Source of the DNA: Auanema rhodensis
Taxonomy: Eukaryota > Animalia > Nematoda
Assembly (NCBI GenBank): GCA_964057225.1
Contig: OZ059899.1
Location: forward strand, 4,712,001 to 4,776,000
Direction of reading: 5' to 3'
DNA length: 64,000 nt
Position numbers and translations under genes: made by a program
The notes under the pieces: model-generated
Seen by the model: only the letters and a program-made list of their open reading frames with translations
What the model was told of the DNA's origin: nothing
Database searches by the model: none
Shown: piece by piece, positions 28,763 through 39,727 of the stretch
Numbering within the stretch: position 1 is the first letter of the stretch
Layout: each line of letters begins with the position of its first letter

Positions 28763-28931
28763 GCTTTTTAGCATAATCATATTGGAAAAAAGTGAAAAAA
28801 AAACCTTTTATATTATAAGAGAGTGGTTTGTTCAACGTTATAATGCAGGTTTTGATGATTTTGAAAGGTATGTTTGGCAAGGATTTTAGTGTTAATTTTA
28901 TCTTTGTAGTTTTTTTATTGGATGAACAACA

Positions 28932-28967
28932 TTTTTATTATCGGCTGAGCCTAAACAGATATAAAAA
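28932..28967 (-). other. Candidate chromosome-break/telomere-addition motif (right, mirror copy; GGC-TGA-GCCTAAA on +)
   Basis: GCCTAA at 28949-28954, oriented as a left-end telomere seed for the gene-rich right side; function inferred. Confidence 0.45.
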
Positions 28968-29179
28968 CAAATTCTAGAATAGAACTGACTAAACACTAAA
29001 AGCCTAAAAATGAACATAAAATCCGTTCATATTTTTATTCAATTTAAAAAAAAATTTTATGATTAGACGTGATAGTAACTATTTACGATATATATTACGT
29101 ATTTTTTCTTAGTTTTGTCAGATTGTGTGTGTCACTGTTAGACATGCATTTGTTTAATTTTAATATTTAAGTGGAAATA

Positions 29180-31738
29180 ATGTGTGGGGAAGATGAATCC
29201 GATATAGAATTGGACAAATCAGTTATTGACAACGTGGACAGTTCTATTCTACATAATATTCCATTGAATGAATCACTTGTGAGTGAATACGGACGGTTAA
29301 TTTAGTTAATTATTTTAGGTAAATGAGTTAGCACTTACGGGCAAGGGTGATACGGATGATATAAAAATATTGGTTGCCACAGATATTCATGTCGGCTATG
29401 CAGAAAATAAACCGAATAGGTGATCATATAGGTTGGATATATTTCATTGTTGAGTTTAGATATTTGGATTCTATCAATTCGCTCGAAGAAGTTCTGCAAA
29501 TTGCTGTTGATAAAAATGTTGACATGGTATTACTAGGTAATTATGTTTGCAGTTTTTTTTGCTCAGACTAATTATAGGTGGAGATTTATTTCATGAAAAC
29601 CAACCAACAAGAGACATGCAGCATAGGGTCGTTCAACTTTTACGCCAATATTGTCTTAATGATCGAGAAGTATGTCTCATTGGAATATTATATTGTTTCA
29701 GCATTTCTAATCTAACAGGTTGCTCTTGAGTTTTTGTCCGATGCTTCTGTGAATTTCAATCAAAGTCGGTTTGATCGAGTAAATTATGAAGTATCCATTT
29801 AATAATAACACTTATATTGTAATGATCTTATTTAGGACTGTAATATAAATGTTGGCTTACCTATATTTACTATACATGGTAACCATGATGACATGGCAGG
29901 CAAGGTATTACTTGTGGTTTTCTGCTCTAATGTAGTCTTCAAGGGTTTAACTGCTCTTGATCTCCTTCACGAAGCTGGTTTAGTGAACTTGTTTGGAAAA
30001 CATGAAGATATCGATACTTTCGAGGTAACCAATGCAATGTATATGTATTTAAATTTTTCTGAGTACTAGATTTCTCCTATTCTCTTACGTAAAGGTGAAA
30101 CGAGATTGGCTCTATTTGGATTGGGAAGCCAGCGTGATGATCGCTTATGTAGAGCATTTCAAAGTAAATTTTTTTTTTTCGAAGCATATAACTTGAACTT
30201 AGATGAATCTATTAAATTCCTGAGACCGCAAGCAGGAGCCGAAGATTGGTTTAACCTTTTTGTTTTGCACCAAAATCGACCTAAACGGTTTTTTGTTACT
30301 TTGATACTCCACTTTTATCTATATGTGATTTATTAAGATCCACTACCAGGTCAACAGGAGCTTATTTACCTGAACAATACATTCCATCGTTTTTCGATTT
30401 AGTAATTTGGGGTCATGAACATGAGTGTAAGAAGGGTAGTTCTCAGAAGTTTTATTTATTTGTCTGCATATTATCATATTTAGAGTGTCAATATATTTCT
30501 TCTTCTGATGCTATGGGTGATGGCTTTTTCGTTCTTCAACCTGGCTCCACCATTGCTACGTCTCTTACGAAAGAGGAGGCCCTTGAAAAAAATGTTTTTT
30601 TGATCAAAATTCGGGGAAGGAAATTCCAGTGCAAGCCGATTCCTTTACAAACTACTCGTCAGGTATTTCTCATATTCTCATTATGGCAATTTGATTAAGA
30701 TTATATGCGATGAAATTATTTTGGATGACCTACCAAAAAATGTGCGAATTCCTTCAGGGGGTGTTAGGCCAAATGGGCCTCCTTTTTTGGTAATCGATGT
30801 TTTCAGTTTTAGTTTTTATGAAAACTGTTAAAGGATGAAGTTGTCATAAAGCAAAAAGTTGAAGAAATGATAAAACGAGCCAATCTAGCTCGAGGTCCAA
30901 GACAGCCGAAACTACCTTTGATTCGGCTGAAAGTTATTTATGCTGGAGCATGGGCTGATATGCAAGTAAATATTATATATTTTTAAAATGTTATATATTT
31001 ATTTCAGCCTATAAATGTGCGTCGTGTAGGAGCGAAATTCGATGATCAGGTTGCAAATGCACTTGATATGATTGTTACTAAGCGAGTAAGCGAGTAGTTT
31101 TTTGTTTTCATCAATTTGTTTGTTAGATAGGAGATAAAAAGAAAAAAGATTGTCGGAATGGGAAGCAACATCAAGCTAATCAACCAACAGCGGCCGTAAG
31201 TGCTGCTAATGTGGAACAAGTTGTGAGATTCAAGCATGAAATCATGCTAATTTCTATCGCTATCTGTATTGTTTTTGTTATAGATATCATCATACTTTGA
31301 AGATATGGCCTGGGATGATCGTTTGACAGTGCTCACTCATGGTGCTATTGGCTCTGCACTAGAAGCATATGCAGAAGAAGATTCAACAGCTGCAAAGACC
31401 AATAAAGAATTCGAAGCATGTATTTCGGTGTGTAAGTCTTACTTTTATTTACATGAACTATGCATTAAGGCGCGAGTAAGTGAGGTCCGTTCAAAACTGA
31501 AGCAAATGCCGGTTCCGGAAATTACAGACGTATTTTTTAAAACATTTTTTAAAAATTTTGAAATATTTATTTTCAGTCTCTGGGAAAAGTTCATCTCGAA
31601 CGGTTTGAGGAAATTGTTTCAAACGATCTACTTGAATTAAAAAAATTAATTTATGGTGTTTTCAATGATGACACCCAAATGGGTGACGACTATGATTCAT
31701 CTAATTTTTCTCAAGTTTTGAACGAAAAAAATGCATAA
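29180..31738 (+). CDS. mre-11: MRE11 double-strand-break repair nuclease, right-arm copy (3' end approximate)
   Basis: Starts MCGEDES; phosphoesterase motifs ILVATDIHVGY, LLGGDLFHEN, IHGNHDD, LFVLHQNR, IWGHEHEC, QPGSTIATSL, LPLIRLKV across more than 12 short introns. Confidence 0.93.
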
Positions 31739-32156
31739 AATAATGAATAAAAAAAAGTTTTAAATCTGATTCGATCATTTTAAGTGATAATATTGTATCA
31801 CGCTAGTTTTTAATGAAAATAAAATATTTTGTTTTATGTATAATAGCAAACACATGGATTTTTATTAGGAAATTTTGCTTTTCATCGGATATGTGATTGT
31901 TTAATTCTGTAGATGGAAATTACAAAAAACCATCCTGGTTTAAGAGGATCAGAATCCTTTTCTCCCTTAATGTGAAGAATGATGAAAGCAATTTTTCTGT
32001 TTTTATGAGTTGAAACAGGTTGTCGATCCTATAAAAGAATAGCATACAGTTTGCCGGTCTTCCATTTGGTTGATTGACACCATTTGTCTACTATGCAATC
32101 TATCACATGATTTTTCTCTTATTTTCAATAATATTTGAAAATTATTTTCAGGTTAC

Positions 32157-33969
32157 ATGTCTTCACTACTTCTTATCAAAGGATTGAAGCAAATCATCCA
32201 GATTACAGACGATCATAATGTTGAGTTTCTTCATGGAAAAGAAAATATGAACAACATAAAGGTTGGTACTACCACCATGTGCTTCTACTTTTATAAAGAT
32301 AAGAATAGATGAATTTTAAAGATATTGGAAGACGCATCGTGCAACTTAGCAGTCTTAGTTGATGCAAATGGCAAAATATCTGCTGTCGGGGATCTCTCTA
32401 GCATAGTGAATTCCATTGATGAGAAACAAGTAGAGAATATTGTAGAATCACATGGAGGAATTTTAATTCCCGGCTTTGTGGATGCTCACTCACATCCCGT
32501 CTTTGCTGGAGATCGTGTTCACGAATTTGCGATGAAATTAGCTGGCGCCACTTACATGGAAGTAAGAAAATTGAAATAATTTAGAAATCTTTTAATATTG
32601 TCGGCAAAGGTTCAAGCAGCAGGCGGTGGAATTCATTTCACAACATCAAGAACTAGGGCTGCAAGCGAAGAAGAGCTACTACTATCTTTTGTTGAGGTAT
32701 AAAAACACCTCAATCCACATTATTTTTATGGAGCAGGTCGCGGGAATGATGGTCAAAGATGGCACAACAACACTCGAAGCTAAAAGCGGTTACGGTTTGG
32801 ATAAAGAATCAGAGTTGAAAGTGAATGAGCTGATTGATAATAAAAAACTTTATTATAAAATTTGAGATGTTGCGAGTTTTAAGTCGAGCGTGTAATACTG
32901 TCCCATTAGAAGTTTCAGCAACATTTTGTGGTGCGCATGCTGTTCCGAAGGTTGTAAACTCTGCATGCATAGCTAATTTGATCTTTTAGGATACTGACGA
33001 ATTGACTCAAACTGAGATGATTTGTACCGAAATAATTCCTGAAATAGAACGAGAGAAAAAAATAGGAGGATTCAAAAACTTAGAAAACATTGATGTCTTT
33101 TGTGAAAAGGGAGTTTTTGAAGTGGAGACAGCGTATTTGGAATTGGTTGATTAACTTTAGTTAAACTATATATTTAGTCGACGAATTCTGAAAGCTGGCA
33201 AAAAAATAGGACTGGCAGCAAATTTTCACGCTGAAGAGCTTACTTATATAGGAGGTGTCGAAATGGGCTCAAGTATTGGGGTAAGCTGAGGTTTTCATTT
33301 CGAAGAATTTTTCCATGAAGGCTCGTGCAATGTCTCATCTGGAGGAGATATCGGAAACTGGAATATCACTTATGGCATCATCAGGAACAGTGGCTATTTT
33401 ATTGCCGTCCACTGCCTTTATACTACGTCTAAACCCCCCTCCTGCGCGTAAAATGATTGAAAACAGTTTAATTTTTGAAAACATACTCCACTGAAAACAA
33501 ATTATTTACAGATGTGATTATAGCTCTTGGTTCCGACTTCAATCCAAACGCATTCTGCTATTCCATGCCAATGATTATGCATTTGGGTTAGAGACCATAT
33601 TTGCATAAAGTTCATAGTACTTGTTTTAGCTTGTATCACTATGCATTTATCTATGAATGAAGCATTAGTTGCCGCAACCTTGAATTCAGCTCATTCTATT
33701 GGTAGAGGAAAAACACATGGTAATTGTTTTCTTTTACTATTGTCGTACCGCCTCCCCCATTCATTTTAGGAGCTATTAGTGTTGGACGAAATGCCGATTT
33801 CGTTGTTTTGAATGCTCCGTCATGGGAACATATAATTTACAGGTTCGATTATATAACGAAAAGAATGGTTTGTATGAAAAATTTTAAATCATTCAGAATG
33901 GCTGGACAGAACAGTATTATTAAACAAGTTGTTAAAAATGGACGAATTGTTTTTACTGTAAACAAATAA
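32157..33969 (+). CDS. amdh-1: Imidazolonepropionase (AMDHD1/HutI amidohydrolase), right-arm copy
   Basis: ATG at 32157 just after a TTTTCAG acceptor (likely trans-splice site); HxH metal motif, EAKSGYGL, FHAEEL, SHLE, GSDFNP; stop at 33969. Confidence 0.92.
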
Positions 33970-34201
33970 AAATGGACGATTGACTTTACCGTGAATCGAA
34001 ATTTAAAAATACGAAACCAATCGTGTTTTATATCTACTTCTCCAACTTTGTAAAACATTTTGTTGTAGTATAAATTTTTATTTACAAGACTGCTAGCAAA
34101 GCAGTAGAATACAACTAAAGATTCAAAAAGCAGATGATATAATATATATATATATATAACACTAGAGTTAGAGGGAAAGGAAGAAGGTACAATAAAAAAG
34201 C

Positions 34202-34286
<85 letters not shown>

Positions 34287-34332
34287 GAGAGAATAGTAAT
34301 TAATTTGTGAAGAAAGGATAGACAGTGAAAAC

Positions 34333-36494
34333 TTATGCCGTTTTTATTTGAGCCACTGGAGATGGTTGTTCTTTTTCCATATTAGACTTCATGGCATTAA
34401 CAACTTCTAGTGCCTTTCTCTCGAAATCTTCGATGCTACAAAAATATTTTTATGAGCCGTTTTATGTTTCATGTTTTATCTTTTTTCAGTTTTAATTTTT
34501 TAGTCTTACTTTAAAATAAAAAAAAATCTTTTCATTTCATAGTTAACTAGTCTCCTGCCTTTATATCTCAGCGAGATGAAAAACAAGATGCGATGAAGTT
34601 TAAGATTAATTATTTCTTTGTAATGCTTCATTTTTCTTTGATTACTTCAAAACTATATTCTAGGAATTTTTTTGAATTATGTCATGAAATCATGACAATA
34701 TTAGGAAAATAATTAAAGTCAATAAACTCTTACTTTACAAAAGCAGCCAGTGGGTCGTGCTCCTCTGAAGTACTATCCTAAAAAATATATTTGAGTGGGA
34801 GATCAAAAATCTTTAACTTGTTCAAAGATTTTTTATAATTTCAATTGATTATGATAATGTTAATAAAATAAATTTACGTTTGGGGTTTCGGATGTAGTTG
34901 TTCTTTCTTCAATTTTTGGAAAGGAATCTTCAACTACTACTGGCTCAGGTGTAACTTCAAGCTGTAAAAAAAAATGAAGTTTTTTCTTAATTTAACTAAT
35001 TAATAATCGGTGAAATAAATCTTACAATTTCTTTTCTATCATCGTTATCATCTCCTTGATCCTTTGAAGTGTTTTCCACAATTTTGAATATATCGTCATC
35101 ATTTGGAATTGGCTTCTCCGGTTCAACTCTTGGCATCTAAAATTAAACAGCTATATAAACCTGGAACGTATAATATAATAAGAACCATAGCGTCCGCAAG
35201 CTGAGTGATTTGTTCAAAAATGTTTGATCCTGTTTTTTTACTTTCTTTGTTGTTTTTTTCAAATTCATTATCAACGTTTGGCTGGTTCTAAAACTAATAC
35301 TAATGTTAATTTTTAAGAAAGACTTCCTACTTTGTCAGAAAGGCGAGATACTTCTTGAAAAATATTTTCGGTAGTTGTTTCTTCTACTACTGGTCGAACG
35401 TTCTGTGAAATAAGAGTTAATACAATAAACATTTGTTCATAATAATACTGTTTTCTCTGAAATACGATTCACTTCTTCAAATATATTCTCTCCATTTTCT
35501 TTCTCTTGTTGTGATTCTTGCTCTTTCTGAATAGGAATGTTGGTTAAACAAGCAAAGGCAAAAATCTAATATATTCACTATACCTGGATTCTGTCAACGG
35601 TCTGGAAAATGTTTTCTCCATTCTTCTGCTCTTCTTCAACTTCCTGCTGCTTCTGTGAAATCAATAAATGCATTAATGATAAATCAATTCAGATAGAATT
35701 TTTACCTGCATTTGTTCAACTTCTTGGAAAATATTTTCTTGCTTAGCTTTTTGATTCTCTTGTTGAACTACAACAGCCATAGCATTGAAAATATCTCGGA
35801 AGATATTGTCTTCATTCTGAGACAAAATTGGATTGAAAGAGTAGTGAACTTGATTACAAACCTTATCTTCAGAACTATCAGCGTTAGACGGTGGTGAAAT
35901 AGTAGTAGTCTAGAACTGATTATCATCAGAATTTATAAAAAAAAGGTCTGTTTACGCTTTCCATTTCCATGGCACTCTTCAAGTTGGCTTGAAAAATTTC
36001 ATCAGAGTTCACAGATGGAGTTTCTGGAGTGGGAGTTATAGCAGTCCCTGAATTGAAATCCACTTTAGGCACAAAATGTAGAAAAACACGTACAAATCGG
36101 TCTAGATGGAGCATTGAATTCCATTTTTTGAGATTTTTTCTGCATTTCCTGATAGATTCGGTCTTGTATAGCTGGTTGAGGAAGTTCATTCATATTGTTA
36201 AGAATCTCTTGAGGAGAAGCATCATGGGGTCTAAGAGGGATCTTAAAAAAACCGAACCTATTAAGCTTGAAACGTATCAGTAAAACGAAAATGAATTTTT
36301 TAAATTAAGACTCACATTGTTTTCATGAGTTGGAACAATTCTTGAGAAGGTACGAACAATCATGAACGGCTAAAAAAAGAATTTTTTTAAGGAAATCGAA
36401 TATTTCTCATTTTTCATTCACTTATCTAAAATTTGATAAATTTTTGTCGAATACTTACACGAATTTGAGGCTGTGGGAATTGCTGTTCTTGGAC

Positions 36495-36556
<62 letters not shown>

Positions 36557-38075
36557 GAATCCAAGTTTGTTGGCGATTGTAGTGCTCCATTTGTTGCTGT
36601 TGAACCCATTGAGCATATTGCTCGCGTTGAGCGTTAGCTAAAGCAGCAGCGCGAACTTCATTATCGGCGCGTATTTGCTGAAATTGAGTTATTATTTAAG
36701 TTTTGATCTTACAAGGCTTTTACCTGATGCCAAGATGAAAAATCTGGTTGCATATCTTGCGGTTGTTGCGCAGCCTGATATTGAGCCCATTGAGCTCTGA
36801 TTTGATGACCTTGCTCCCACTGAGCGCGGGCCATTTGTGCTTGCTCCCATTGAGCACGGGCCATTCGAGCAGCCTCCCATTGAGCACGTGCTTCCATTTG
36901 TTGAGCCCAGGCAACACGAGCCATTTGTTCTTGTTGTTCCATCATTGCTAATTGTTGGATACGGCGATAACGAAGCATGCGTTGATTCTGACAAATATCA
37001 AAATACAATTAGAGTAAAAGAATTTTACTTTTTTTCAACGTATTAATTTTCTTATTATTGATCGTTTAATAATTTTTGTTAAGTAAAATAAAAAAAAAAG
37101 ATAAATACTAAAACAATCGTCTAGTTCGACCAGATTGGAAAATAATTTTTGGTCATAAATTATTATTTGTATACTTTTATTATGTGTATTCAGTTATTTA
37201 CATAGAAATGAAAATGATAACCTGTGTATATTCAATGTTGCGAGCCTCAATGAGATCCCATGGATTTGGAGCTTTGTTATTCCTTTCAGAGCCCTGTTAG
37301 AAAATTCTTACATATAGATTTATCACTACATACATACGTCAAAGCTAAATCTGTGATTGACTGCTCCATCAATTACTTGTTGATTGGGTTGTTGAATATT
37401 TAAGTTTGTCTGAAAATGTGCCTTAAATTAGGAATTTTTTTAGAACAAATTGTTACATTTGCGCCAACTTGCTTTTCAGCTTGGAGCGTTATCTTTTGGT
37501 TCTTCTGGAGCTCAGATACCAAATCGGATTGCTGTTTCTGTAAGAATACGAAAATTAAATTTATTTCTCAATTCTATCTCTTTCGATAATAATGACACGG
37601 GTCTTCAAACTTTTCAATGATACATACCAGAATGTATTCTCGCCGGTAAATTCCATGAGCCAAATATAGAGTAATACCAGTCACGGTTACAAAAAGCAAA
37701 GCATAAAGAAGAATTCGGCAAAATGATGTGAACGGCTGAAGAAGAAAAAATGTGTAAAAATGTCGTCAAGACTAGCATACGTTGTATTGCTTTACTGGAA
37801 TAGCAGTAGGGGGTTGGTAAACTGGCTGAAGTACTGTGAAAACCTAAAAAATTTGTATAAGTTATTGCATTTATTTTCAATGAAGTTTGAACCTTTGGAT
37901 CAACTTTCACTGACTGAAGCTCTTCAGTTTTCTTCTCGTTGACTGTATCATCAGGAGCGCCAGGCACAGGAACTATGCCTAGTTTTGTCATTTTTGCTGA
38001 AAAGTACACTATTTTCATAAACATAATACATATTGTAAAACAAAGAATCAGATAGAAAATGATGAGAATCTTCAT
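34333..38075 (-). CDS. Multi-exon, predicted secreted protein of unknown function: signal peptide, Cys-containing segment, ARAQWEQ repeats, polyQ, repeated (E/D)NIF(Q/E)xV acidic motifs
   Basis: Hydrophobic N-terminus MKILIIFYLILCFTICI; exons bounded by GT..AG short introns; last exon ...EQPSPVAQIKTA* with stop at 34333-34335; full splicing not resolved. Confidence 0.7.
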
Positions 38076-39689
38076 GAATTCAACAAAATAATAATTGATG
38101 TAAGTAATACCGAAAACTCAAGCGGCGACCATGACTAAGAAGAAGGAACAAGCGGAAAATTAGAATAATCCAGTATTAATGAAACGATTAAAACATTCTG
38201 AGATGAAAATAGAAAATTAGAAAAGTAGGAGAATGAACAGGTCACAAGAGGTCACTTGATTGTTAGGATCATGGAGAAAAAGTTGTTGCTGATATATTCT
38301 TTTTTATGGTATTTTTCCTATGATGAGCAGGATTTAAAAAGAAAAAGGTATAAACGAGACAATTACTTTTTGGAAAGGTAAGAAACAGTTTTTCTTTTTT
38401 CTGCTGGTATTATACCTTTCTGGATTGATATAAATGGAATAGCTTCACAGTATGATATTAAAGATATAGATGACTATTTTCTTTGATATAAATGAGGTCA
38501 AACCTTTCGTTTTACGAATGATGTCGTCTTTAGAGAGAAAACTGTAGATTTTAATTATTAATCTATAGACTATCACACTGAAGTAATTAGAAAAAAAGAA
38601 ATTAAATGTTTGAACCAACAAAAAGCACGTTCGTTGTTCCCGAACATTAGCGAAATACATGAATATATTATATGGATCTGGAAACTTCTGATCCAAGATA
38701 GATGAGATAGATAGATTAGCAAATTCAATAAGAAAATTAGGTAGAACATAAAGAAAGTCCTCTCGGTGAATGATAGATAATGTTCTATCATCAAGTGTAC
38801 AGGTGATGAGAATTGTTCAAACCCCAATCACAAGATCTTAAAATGTGCGATGGAGGTCATCATAGGCTCTCGAATGGCCGTTGAACCTAATACATTCGAT
38901 TTCGGGGTTGACCGTGCTCAACCATGGACAACCGGAATAAATGAATTTGAAACGAAGATATTAATGTGAGTTAAGGTGATACTATGCAGACTACAGTTTA
39001 TTGGAGAAAGTATTTTTAGCCAACGATCAGAATGACAACACGCCTGATGATGAAGACGACAGTATGGAAAATTCTCGTTACGTTGATCATATGACAATTG
39101 ATAGATAAGGAAAATAAAATAGAATAAGAAATCATCAAGTGAATTAAGACAGTGATGACTGAACACACATGATGATGTCGTCAACTATTTCGTTCAATTT
39201 ATATTTAGGTTTTGACAGTATCATTACATGAAAAACCGTTATGCCTTCGAACTGATTCATCATAGAATTCTAGATCACCATTGTCATTTACGACGGGACT
39301 GCGAACAATGCCAACTAAGTCAAAGTTTAAGCTTTGAATTATATAACGTTTTCAATGAAACATTTTTTGACAGTCTGACTGATTCTTCATCAGTATTGTC
39401 TGAGCTTTATGGCTCGTGTTCAGCTAAAAAGTCTTTGTTTCGTTCTAATTGCTGGTTGTACGAAAAATCATCACCATTATCTGAATCCAAGGTCGATAAT
39501 TGTAAATAGTCAAAAAGGCAAGGTGATTATAAGGAAGTAATAAGTTATATTGGAATATTTAAGATTCAAAAAATCAGAATATGAAGATTTTTACAAGAGG
39601 AGTTCAAAGGTACAAGTAAAAAAATGGGGATTGAAACAGAAATGTTGTAACCATATCGCGAATATATTCTAAACACTAACTTACTTTTT

Positions 39690-39691
<2 letters not shown>

Positions 39692-39725
<34 letters not shown>
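39692..39725. repeat. (TA)n microsatellite
   Basis: Direct reading. Confidence 0.9.

Positions 39726-39727
<2 letters not shown>

Larger units (their letters stand above)
28706..37971. repeat. Right arm of the inverted duplication
   Basis: Mirror of 19352-28593; continues into unique sequence that carries the intact 5' end of the Gln-rich gene, so probably the source copy. Confidence 0.98.

Noticed and set aside
28410-28889. Four short ORFs across the palindrome centre
   Set aside because: Non-ATG starts, run through satellite-derived DNA, mirror artefacts, no recognisable motifs
32157-33969. Horizontal transfer of bacterial hutI
   Set aside because: Intron-rich, and AMDHD1 is a normal animal gene
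38600-39509. Possible plus-strand exons (GDENCSNPNHKILKCAMEV..., MKNRYAFELIHH...)
   Set aside because: Could not splice them into an open frame or recognise a domain; may be a gene or pseudogene, needs RNA-seq
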